Assembly: GCF_035594765.1 (NCBI RefSeq)
Contig: NC_085844.1
Location: forward strand, 135,966,622 to 136,030,621
Direction: 5' to 3'
Length of the DNA: 64,000 nt
Source of the DNA: Anolis carolinensis
Taxonomy: Eukaryota
Position 1 is the stretch's first letter. Every line of letters starts with the position of its first letter. The notes beneath the pieces were generated by a model, which was not told the DNA's origin, ran no database searches, and saw only the letters and a list, made by a program, of their open reading frames with translations. Shown here in pieces: positions 27,801 through 37,300 of this stretch. A program made the position numbers and the translations under genes.

Positions 27801-28192
27801 GTCTTTAGTTGTTTTTTGAAGGAGAAGAGGGAGGGGGCCAGCCATATTTCTTTAGGGAGTTCCAGAGGTATGGGGTGGCCACGGAGAAGGCCCTCTCTCG
27901 CTCCCACCAGCCGCACTTGAGATGGGGGTGGGACCGAGAGCAAGGCCTCCTCCGCTGACCGCAGTGCCCGGGCTGGTTTGTAAGAGGAGATGCAATCGGT
28001 CAAGTAGCCTGGATATATCTAATATATAATGCATTATATACATATAATGTCATTCCAAACTGCAACCTCAGTAGGCCGCAAGGCGACACCACTGGTTGAA
28101 GGGGAGTCCTGCTAAGAGGAGGCCAACCCTGAGCTCCATGGCAAAAGCCCCCGCCCCACTTCCCGCAAACACTCACTCTCGCGCTCCGGCAT
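12821..28192 (-). CDS. IK: Protein Red / IK (spliceosomal B-complex protein), 555 aa, 20 coding exons
   Basis: Exons 28192-28177, 25762-25696, 24958-24866, 24370-24311, 23128-22961, 22879-22765, 21715-21645, 21543-21497, 21296-21133, 20790-20682, 20288-20249, 19894-19675, 18737-18719, 17963-17885, 17422-17342, 16029-15972, 15372-15284, 14591-14483, 13935-13901 and 12848-12821 sum to 1668 nt in one open frame. It runs MPERESEPFSNPLAPDG to GVEVKRPKY* with an RE/RD repeat in exon 12, near-identical to recalled human IK. Confidence 0.97.
14296..14429. mobile_element. Palindromic hAT MITE
   Basis: TSD ccttagag/ccttagaa. Confidence 0.85.
14735..15275 (+). mobile_element. L2-type LINE 3' end
   Basis: ISLYEPSQSLRSSGEALLSAPP, 3' stem-loop gccgccttgagtcccc..aaggcggg and (AAAT)n tail. 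Confidence 0.8.
15815..15949. mobile_element. Palindromic hAT MITE
   Basis: TSD ctgtaaac/ttgtaaac; sits ~22 nt from an IK splice donor. Confidence 0.85.
16450..16820. mobile_element. Tc1/mariner-type MITE
   Basis: TIR CCATATATACTTGAGTATAAGC / GCTTAAACTTGAGTATATATGG, with repeated internal TATAAGCC motifs. Confidence 0.7.
17013..17067. repeat. (TGT/TAT)n compound microsatellite
   Basis: Directly visible; adjoins an L2-type terminal stem-loop. Confidence 0.85.
17423..17884 (-). other. U12-type (minor spliceosome) AT-AC intron of IK
   Basis: 5' splice site ATATCCTTT, branch point TTCCTCAAC close to an AC acceptor. Splicing restores WEGPES/LKKTEDKKQLGDFFG. Confidence 0.93.
17515..17670 (-). 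mobile_element. CR1 fragment inside the IK U12 intron
   Basis: [30 protein letters not shown]. Confidence 0.85.
18963..19274. mobile_element. DNA-transposon MITE with CAC..GTG ends (Chapaev3-like); second copy 22143-22456
   Basis: TIR CACCATGTAACA / TGTTACACAGTG; two colinear copies in IK introns. Confidence 0.65.
23528..23843. mobile_element. Tc1/mariner MITE (same family)
   Basis: Same TIRs and internal sequence, TA TSD. Confidence 0.9.
27195..28010 (-). mobile_element. L2-type LINE 3' end with a nested Harbinger-like MITE
   Basis: ISSYKPARALRSAEEALLSVPP..APSLFSFKKQLKTYF with a 3' tail at ~27200-27260. Confidence 0.8.
27566..27701. mobile_element. PIF/Harbinger-like MITE
   Basis: TIR GGGCCTTTCCACACAGCCCT / AGGGCTGTGTAGAAGGGCCC after a TAA target. 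A related copy at 34198-34481 is interrupted by an (AAT)n-L2 tail. Confidence 0.7.
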
Positions 28193-28494
28193 TTTGGCTT
28201 CCCTTCCACCGGCGCCACTGAGGGGAGAAAACAACAAGGCCGCGAAGGGCTGCCTTTTCCCCACAAGGCACCGCGGCAGCCAAAGGGGGCGGGGCTGTGT
28301 AGGTGAGCCTTAACCCACAACACACTGCGCGCGCATGTTGTGGATTTCTGAGGCGGCTTTCCGCCTCTCTGTCAACTGCCCCGCCCCCACCGGGTATTTT
28401 GCATATCCCCGCCTCTTTCGAACGCGAGGAATGGCCAGAGGAGGCGACCAAGGCATGCCCACAAGCGTGATTGGCAGTCATTCTGCGAAGCAAT
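28193..28494. promoter_or_regulatory. Bidirectional CpG-island promoter IK / NDUFA2
   Basis: Divergent ATGs at 28192 (-) and 28495 (+). NRF1-like TGCGCGCGCA 28326-28335, GC box CCCCGCCCCC ~28379, CCAAT box (GATTGG ~28469) and YY1-like ATATGGCGGC at the NDUFA2 ATG. Confidence 0.85.
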
Positions 28495-31400
28495 ATGGCG
28501 GCCGCCTCAGTTCGGGTCATTGGGAACACTCTCGGGCGGAATCTCAAGGAAATACGGATCCACCTCTGCCAGCGCTCGCCGGCCAGCCAGGGCGTCAGGT
28601 AGGCGGGAGGCCGAGGGCCAAGAGAAGGCCTTTCATACCCCTTTCCAAACATTGTAGCAATGTCAGACACAATCAGGGCCAACTAACACCTCCCAACAAA
28701 GGATTCCCCCAGGCAGGAAGCAGCCAGGCTTTGAAGCTGCAATGCTATTCAAATCAAGGTGGCCAATTGCAGCATTCACACTTGCCTCACACAGACGAGT
28801 TCTTTCTCCCACCCTAGACATTATTCCACAGATATATAGACCCCACTTGCCTAGTTTCCAACAGACCTCACAACCTCTGAGGATGCCTGCCATAGATGTG
28901 GATGAAAACATCAGTAAAGAATACTTCTGGAACATAGCCATACAGCCCGGAAAACCCAATGTCAGTTTACCTGGCAATGTAGTAGGCGAGGTTGAGACTC
29001 TTGAAGCCAAGGGGGGTTAGAAAGGAACCTTTCCTTTCTCTAATGTAGCTTCCTCTATCCATGCTTAATACAGGCTGTGATGGGACTAGAGCCCTGCTTC
29101 CCAAACTCTAGGCCTCCAGGCTTTTTGGACTTCAGTTCCCAGAATCCCTGATCAGAGGCCAAGGCAGCTGAAGCTTCTGGGAGTTGAAGTCCAAAACACT
29201 TTTGAGTCTGAGAAACATTGGACTAAAGCAGGCATGGACAAACTTCAACCCTCTAGGTGTTTTGGACTTAAATTCCTAACAGCCAGTGGCCATGAATCAC
29301 AATAAGGTAGAGTGGGTGCACACGTTGCTTTGACATCAATTTTGGATGTTCCTGCTGAACATGTCATTAAATGCATCAGCTGCTGTCACACCTAATTTGA
29401 CCCTAACTCTTGGAACACAATGGGAATCTACATTTCATCTACGTACACAGCCTCATTGCTGTTCACATTGGATAGTTAATGCTTTGTTGTTGCATGCCTT
29501 TGCTTCTGACTTATGACAACTCTTAAAATGAACCTATCACAGGGTTTCCTTGACAGGATTTCTTCAGAGGTTCCCTTTGGTTTTCTCTGAGGATGAGAGT
29601 CTGTGACCCTCCTCAGATCACCAGTGGGTTTACATAGCTTTGGGGATTTGAATCCTGGTCATAATCTCCTATTCAAACTATTATGTCTCATTGGTTCCCG
29701 TGCTCCTTTAAGTGAATGATTAGCACTGTCCAACACACATTTTGTTGCCTCATATGTTAGCCATTTCTGGGTAGACCTGCCGATTTCAAAAATTGCATCA
29801 TCGGCTCTAGTGTTTGAGATGCAGAACATATGCCATCTATAAGTCACCGTCTACTCGCCCATAGAAAACCATAACCATACTTAAGGCCCCATATAAAATA
29901 CAGATTATCTGCTTTGAACTGGATTATATGGCAGTGTAGACTCATAATTGAGTTCAAAGCAGATAATCTTATATATAATTATATGGCAGTGTAGATCCAT
30001 CCTAAGAAACTAGAGCTGATGCAATCTATCCAATGCAGTTTTCTGAATCAGTGCCCCAAAGAACCCCAGGAAGAGGCCTGAAAATCAAGACACCAAGATT
30101 TTTTTTCTGGGCTATCTTGTGTTATCTTGCAATCAATTACATTAGAAGGAGAGGCTCTGGGAGCTGATTTGAACTTCCATGGTGCTTAGTGCTGTGAATG
30201 TTAAAGGCTGGGAGGCAGCGCAATGGTGTTTTCTCTTCTAGGCTTAGAAGCTCAAGCACTCCTTTCAGTACTTGTGCCTCTCTTTCCAGGAGAGCACTGT
30301 GCTATAGAGGTATTGGGCCTGAATAAAGATTTGCAACATTAAGGCAGATCCAACTTTATTGCATCCTTTTTCCAAACAGAGAGGAAATTGTTTCTGTAGA
30401 CTTCAATTTTCAAAACACTCTTGGTGTTTCTGGGGATTTCCTGTTCTACCTTTTAAAGATATTACAGGGCTCTCTGTACTGTTAAACATTTTGAGATATA
30501 CTTCTGGTTTTGAAAAATTGGTGTTTGGCCACTCCTGGTATTGGTTTTCTTTTGCGGCCCCTGTACCCAGCATAGTTTTGGTTTCTTCTTATATGCTATA
30601 TTACTTAACTGTGTGGTCAATTGTTTTAGCCCATATGCTTATACTATATTCAAAGGAAACTTCACACTTCTTAGAAAGTATGCAGTTTTTCAGAAAGAAA
30701 ATGGTAATGTTGACTGAACATGCACAAGAACATTTCTGCTGAATGCTTCTAAGCTGTATTCTCCAGTTGATATGAAAAGACTGTAGAACAGGGGTTCTCA
30801 ACCTGTAGATCCCCAGGTGTTTTGATCTACAACTCCCAGAAATCCCAGCCAGTTTACTAGCTGTTAGGATTTCTGGGAGTCAAAGGCCAAAACATCTGGG
30901 GAAGCGCAGGTTGAGAACCACTGCTGTAGAAAATGCCCCAAGCCATCTGCAGCAGAAAATTGATGTTGAAATTTCCTGCATATTTAAGGTGTGAAAGTCA
31001 CTACATTGAAGTTATATCTTATTAAATTACTATGAAGGTCTGAACTCTAACAGTATTTCTATGCTGCTGCTGACTTGAAAAATCCTCACTCTGGCTTCTT
31101 GTTGCAGAGACTTCATTGAACAGCACTATGTCAGTTTAAAGAAGGCAAATCCAGAGTTCCCAATCTTGATCCGGGAATGCTCAGATGTGCAACCCAAACT
31201 CTGGGCTAGATATGGTGAGTTGGGATGGGCTTGTTGGTAAAGTCTGCTATTTGCAAGTAAGAGGGTAGCAGCAGTGCAAGTATCTCACACTTGGCATCTG
31301 AAATGTTGAAATTTCCTCTTCTGTTCAGTACAATTAACTCTGATTCTGAATTACTTTGATAATTTTGAGGAACTTGACAAAGATCCCAAACCTAATCAGT

Positions 31401-31855
31401 TACCCAAAAAAAAGCATGATACTGTTTGTAAAGTCGTTTCTTGCACTGGAATGGGAGTTGGGGTCTGACCAAGCAGAGTAGTTAGATGTTGAAGTTGTCA
31501 TTAAAACCTTTCTTACACATTGAGACCTTTAATGATTACTTCACACCAAGACTTCTGAAGTTGGTGACAGCCAAGGAACTCTACCCCGGTAAATGGCCCA
31601 TCTAGTACCTTTACTAAGAGTGTTTATTTCATACTCACTTGCAAGTAAGACAATATTGTCATGGCCAGACTAGTGCTTTCATGAGGCCAGGACACTGTCT
31701 ATTTGCATGCTATTAGAAGTAAAATTCCTCCGTCATCTTAAGTCTCTTTTTTTTCCTCCCCAGCATTTGGCAGAGAGAGGAGCGTGCCACTGAATAACCT
31801 TAACGTGGATCAAGTTGCAAAAGCGCTGGAAAACGTTGTGATTGCTAAAGCATAA
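28495..31855 (+). CDS. NDUFA2: NADH:ubiquinone oxidoreductase subunit A2 (B8), 100 aa
   Basis: Exons 28495-28598, 31108-31214 and 31764-31855, GT-AG introns. Translation: [100 protein letters not shown]. Absent from the ORF track because the exons are short. Confidence 0.97.
28630..28960 (+). mobile_element. Penelope-like element fragment at the start of NDUFA2 intron 1
   Basis: Colinear with the 10.3 kb copy. Confidence 0.7.
29092..29220. mobile_element. Palindromic hAT MITE (diverged)
   Basis: TSD gactagag/gactaaag and fold-back structure. Confidence 0.65.
29724..30121. mobile_element. Chapaev-like element with a nested Harbinger-like MITE (~29884-30002)
   Basis: CAC...GTG ends. Relative to the 1.7 kb copy it has a ~120-bp insert at a TAA site containing tatggcagtgtaga repeats. 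Confidence 0.55.
30789..30923. mobile_element. Palindromic hAT MITE
   Basis: Perfect 8-bp TSD CTGTAGAA. Confidence 0.9.
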
Positions 31856-31886
31856 AGATAATGTGTAACAACTGCTTTTGAATTTG

Positions 31887-31892
31887 AATAAA
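31887..31892 (+). terminator. NDUFA2 polyadenylation signal AATAAA
   Basis: AATAAA 31 nt after the stop, followed by GT/T-rich sequence. Confidence 0.75.
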
Positions 31893-32115
31893 GATGTAAA
31901 TATGTGTAGCTTTTTTCTGTATAAGAGTATGTAACTGGCAGTATGAAACCGAAATGTCTTATTTTAAGCAACAGTGGTATCTTGTAGGCTGATTCTTGCT
32001 TTCTGCTACTAATCTTTCTACTGACAGTGCTTGGTTCCTCAGATTAGTAGTTCGAAGTACTGTGAACTTTACAAACCTAGAATCCCACAAATCACCAGGA
32101 GTATATTTGCTAATT

Positions 32116-32121
32116 TTTATT
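32116..32121 (-). terminator. TMCO6 polyadenylation signal AATAAA
   Basis: TTTATT on + about 60 nt past the TMCO6 stop; convergent with NDUFA2. Confidence 0.6.
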
Positions 32122-32183
32122 CCTCTTCCAAAGAGAAAGCTATAGTCACAATCCAGTATAGTTCATTTGCATGTGCTACTGTT

Positions 32184-34308
32184 TCAAATTTTTAAACAAG
32201 TAAGCTGTAGTTCTTCAGCTGAATCTGCAAGGGAACAATCCTGAAGGAGAGCAGCTGGCTGACTGATGATCTGAATGAGGGCTTTCACCTGATCTTGCAA
32301 CCGTAGGTCATCTTCATGCTGCTGTAAGGCCTGTAGTCCCGACTGATGTACAAAATCAGTGATAGTCTGGGCCAAAAAAAAGAACCAGAATTAGTGTTGC
32401 ATTTACCATGGCATCTTGACTGTCCAGGGCAGGGGTCCCCAAACTTTTTAAACAGGGGGCCAGTTCACGGTCCCTCAGACCGTTGGAGGGCCGGACTATA
32501 GTTGAAAAAAAAACCCTATAAACAAATTCCTATGCACACTGCACATATCTTATTTTGAAGTAAAAAAAAAAACCAAACAAACGGGATGAAATACAGTTAA
32601 TCATAATCATAATCATAATAAAAATAATAAAGGGTTGGAAGAGACACCTTGGGCCATCTTGTCCAACCCCCTTCTACCTTTGTGCACCAAAAGCACAAGC
32701 AAAGCACCCTTGATAGATGGCCACCCAGCCTCAATGTTGTTAATCATCATCATCATCATACAACACACAGTCCTAAACGCCGGGGAAGTGTTCAACTTGC
32801 AATACAAAATCCAGCATACATATATATATCTCGTTTGCTGTGTTATGCTGTGTCTTTGTGCCAATAATAATAATAATAATAAAGAGGTTTGGAAGAGACT
32901 CCTTGGGCCATTTAGTCCAACCCTTTTGCCTTTGTGCACCAAAAGCACTGGCAAAGCACCCCTTAGTAAATTATTAATTAAATAATTAAAATACTATTAT
33001 AAACAAGCAAAGCTTTAGAAGGTACGCAACAGGTGAGGGAAGAGGTTGGAAAGGTGGAGGAGGAGGGAGACACCGTCGTGGGGCCGGATAAATGGCTTCG
33101 ATGGACCGCATGTGGCCCCCGGGCCTTAGTTTGGGGACCCCTGGTCCAGGGAATGCAGTACTACCAGGTTACACCAAATGCAAATTTTTACCTCTGGCCA
33201 GTGGATGAAGAGGAGATGCAACAGTTCCAGAACTTGGACTGTCACTTTGGAACCAGGAAGGGCAAGAATGCCAACGAGGGAAGCAAGCACAGCTTTCTGC
33301 TGCAAAGTCTGGCAGTAAGCAACACCCTTTGCAGCTACATTGCATAGCACTGTCAGTACCTGAAAATGAAGTTGGATCCAGAGTGAGTTCTGAGCCTGCT
33401 CCTCTGGTTCATGCAGTAACATCAATGACCTTCTGCATTCTAAAATGTCAATATATGGCTCTGCTTTTCTACATACCACTTTCATTGATTTACTGCCTAC
33501 ACTTTCTTGGCTTCATTTTGATGTTCTGAGCATATGTGAAAAACAGTGACTGCTATAACAGAGTTTTAAACAGCCTGTTTTTGAGTTATCGAGATCCAGG
33601 GGCTCCAAGCAGAAGTCTGACACCCCTCTAATTCATGCTTCACCTCTGTTCAAAAATATACATGTGTAACTCAATTTCATGTTAAACTGCCCAAAAGTTC
33701 TTTAAATTTTTAAGTTAAGAGCTGTTGCAGTCTGTGGTTTGTCTTGTTTTCTATTTTTAGATGTAATGACTGGCCATCTGGGTGGTCTTCGGGATCGTGG
33801 CATTTAACTCATTTTTCAAAATCTCATGACCTATACCTGGAGCTAGATGGAAAAGATTCTAGGCATACATAACCGACGGATTCTGAACCCAGGAATACTC
33901 AAGCTGAACTGATCTGTTATTCTACACAAAAGTCTATTCATGACTAAGAAGTACAGTAAATAATTGAGTCATCTGGTTTCTTTATGGAAATAGTTGAAAA
34001 ACAGAAATATATGTTGATGTAATACACAACCTAAGAAGTCTGGTAATGGATCCCAGTCTACATTGTGCCTATGTCAACTCTGGATATCAAAAGATCCCAA
34101 CTCAAATTAAGTCTTAATTTAAACTACTGTATTTCTTAAATTCTAAGACATCCCCCTGCCACTATATATAAATGTCTCTAAAATGGGGTGCATCTCAGGG
34201 CCCTTCCACACAACTTTATATCCCAGAATATCAAGGTAGAAAATACTACAGTATCTACTTTAAACAGGGTTATCTGAGTCCACACCGACATATTCCAGTC
34301 CAAAGCAG

Positions 34309-34358
<50 letters not shown>

Positions 34359-37300
34359 CTTTATTTTTTATATCCCGCCCCATCTCCCCAAAGGGACTCG
34401 GGGCGGCTCACAACAGGGACAAGCCCGAACAACAACAACGTATTTAACATGTGGGATTTTATTCAGTTGTGTGGAAGGGGTCATAGATTCACAGGTGTAT
34501 CTTTGGTGGTGGTGAAATTAAGGTGTGTCTTACAACTGAAGAAATATAGTAAGCCGTAGGACCACAACGTTTTTTGGGTTGTAAAAGGAGTACTTCTTAA
34601 ATTCACTAAACGCATGCAGTTACAATACTACTTCTACTACTTACATATAAGACATCTGTAAATAATTGTGCTACTTATTACTTTATTTTGTTTATTTAGA
34701 CAGCATGATCACTTGTTCTCATGCCTACCTCTCAGCTAGAAGCTACATTCAGCAAAAATTCAGCTGCCTTTATAACATTTGTGCAAAATAAGATCATCAG
34801 GTAATTTTAAGAAGGCGATCCATCCCTGATCACCACTGTTACTTACCAGTGAGCTCACCATCTGATGAGAATGTATTAGCTGCAGCAGAGATGGAATGAG
34901 ATCCAGGTTGAGCAGAGCAGAGCATGCTATGGTGCTGTCAGCTTGAAAAAGCAATTTTTAAAAATCATCAATCACTTCTATTTTATTTTACTGAGAACTA
35001 AAGAGGGAGCTGCCAAGAGGACTCGGGTACAGGGGAAACTTGCACCATGCAAGCCGCAGATAGTTGAACCAGGCTTGAATTCCTGAAACTGGCAGCTTTC
35101 TCTTTTCCCAGGGGGGAGAAGGAAAGAATTATAGAATCAGTTGGAAGAAACCCCAAGAGCCATCCAGTCCAACCCCATCCTGCCATGCAGAAACACACAA
35201 GCAGGAACACACATCAAAGTCCTGCAATGTATGGCAAATGACCTAGCTCGAAGGTATCAAGCTCATTTTCATGGAGAGCCACATCAGCCTTATGGTTGCC
35301 TTCAAAGGGCCATTTGTAATCTTTACACAAATTTTAACGTACCACTCCCTCTGCCAAGTGCTGGCTTCATTCTCTATTTCCTGCATTTAAAACACAGAGG
35401 ACGCAGCCATGGTGGGGAATGATGGAAATTGTGGAGGGGGAAAGCTTGTTTTCTGTTGCTCTGGTGACTAGGTCACAAAGCCACAGAATCAAACTGCAGG
35501 AAAAGAGAGATCCTAGTATGTATGTGTACCTTTGGCCTTGCTTCAAACTTGGTAGTTTGTTTACACGCATCCAGATTTGCAGGCCAAATAAATTGATGTG
35601 GAAAGCTCAATTAGGTCTGCAGGCCTTGATTTTGACATATATGACCTAGCTTTTAACTTCAAAGATACCTATATTTTTATAATTATTTGTATTTTAATAA
35701 CTTCCTTATAACTTAAGATCTATCTATTTTGACCACAATTAATATTCCAGCTATAACACTTGTTCTTATCCAGTGTGAGCCCCAAGGTTTAACCAACATA
35801 CCTGTGAGATTGTTTATAAGCCACAGAGCCTCCTGAACGATATATAGTTGTTTGTGAAAGAAATACTGTATAAAGACAAACATGGCTCTCAATAGGTGCT
35901 CTTCCCCTTCCACTAGTTGACCACTCTCAACCTCATCTTCTGAAAGAAGGTTGGCAACACATCGAACCACAGGACAGATCAACTGAAAGTAGCAGAGGGG
36001 AAAGAAACTTCAAAACAGAATCAGAGCTACAAGCTGGCAAATCAAAAGTACTTGTCATTTACTTTACCACTTCGAGGCCCTCAGCAGAAGTTGTTGATAT
36101 CATGGAAGCCAGATTCAGCAACAAATGTACTAGGGAGGGTATAATATTTTGGGAGATCAGCAGTGAATTGTTCACCTGGCTGCAGAAAGAGAAAAACAGG
36201 TTCGCTCTAAGAGAGCTCTATTCCCCTAGTTCTTTATGTGTAAAAAAATGTATGTACAGTAGAGTCTCACTTATCCAACACTCGCTTATCCAACGTTCTG
36301 GATTATCCAACGCATTTTTGTAGTCAATGTTTTCAATATATTGTGATATTTTGGTGCTAAATTCATAAATACAGTAATGACTACATAGCATTACTGCGTA
36401 TTGAACTACTTTTTCTGCCAAATTTGTTGTATAACATGTTTTGGTGTTTCATTTGTAAAATCATAACCTAATTTGATATTTAATAAGCTTTTCCTCAATG
36501 CCTCCTTATTATCCAACATATTCGCTTATCCAACATTCTGCTGGCCCGTTTATGTTGGATAAGTGAGACTCTACTGTATCTGATATATTGGACAAACATC
36601 AATTTGGGATATATCATATGCCATAAACTCATTTACCTGCAAATAATGTAGTGAAGACCCCATGCAAATTCAACTGCAGCTCCCATTCCTTCCTCCAGAT
36701 TGGAACAAACCAATCGAAGCATGTTTTGGGGGATGGTGGAATCTAGGATCAAGCTGAGAACAGAAAACATCTGTTTAGTTACTAAGAAAATCAAGAGGAC
36801 AGGGATCATCATGTCATGGAGGAAACATGGAGCTCCAACTAGTACAACGGGCGGCAGCCAGACTAATAACTGGGGCGGCTTACAGGGAGCGTACCACCCC
36901 CTTGTTAAGCCAGCTCCACTGGCTGCCATTATGCAACCGAGCCCAATTCAAAGTGCTGGTTTTGACCTATAAAGCCCTAAACGGTTCTGGCCCAATCTAC
37001 TTGTCCAAACGCATCTCCTCCTATGAGCCAGGAAGATCCCTGAGGTCATCTGGCGAGGCCCTGCTCTCGGTCCCGCCTGCCTCACAAGTGGGAACGAGGG
37101 ACAGGGCCTTCTCGGTGGTGGCTCCCCGGCTGTGGAACACCCTCCCCAGAGATATACGGCAAGCCCCAACCCTTTTAGAAAAGCCTTAAAAACATGGCTA
37201 TGTGCCCAGGCTTTTAACGAATAAATGACAAAGACGACCCAGACTGTTATATGGATAAAGTAGGAGGATATTGGACGAACGGATTTTAAGCATATGTTTT

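Noticed and set aside
28173-28817. 160-169 aa ORFs over the IK/NDUFA2 promoter
   Set aside because: Stop-poor GC-rich island plus Penelope sequence; the real coding parts are the short first exons in other frames.
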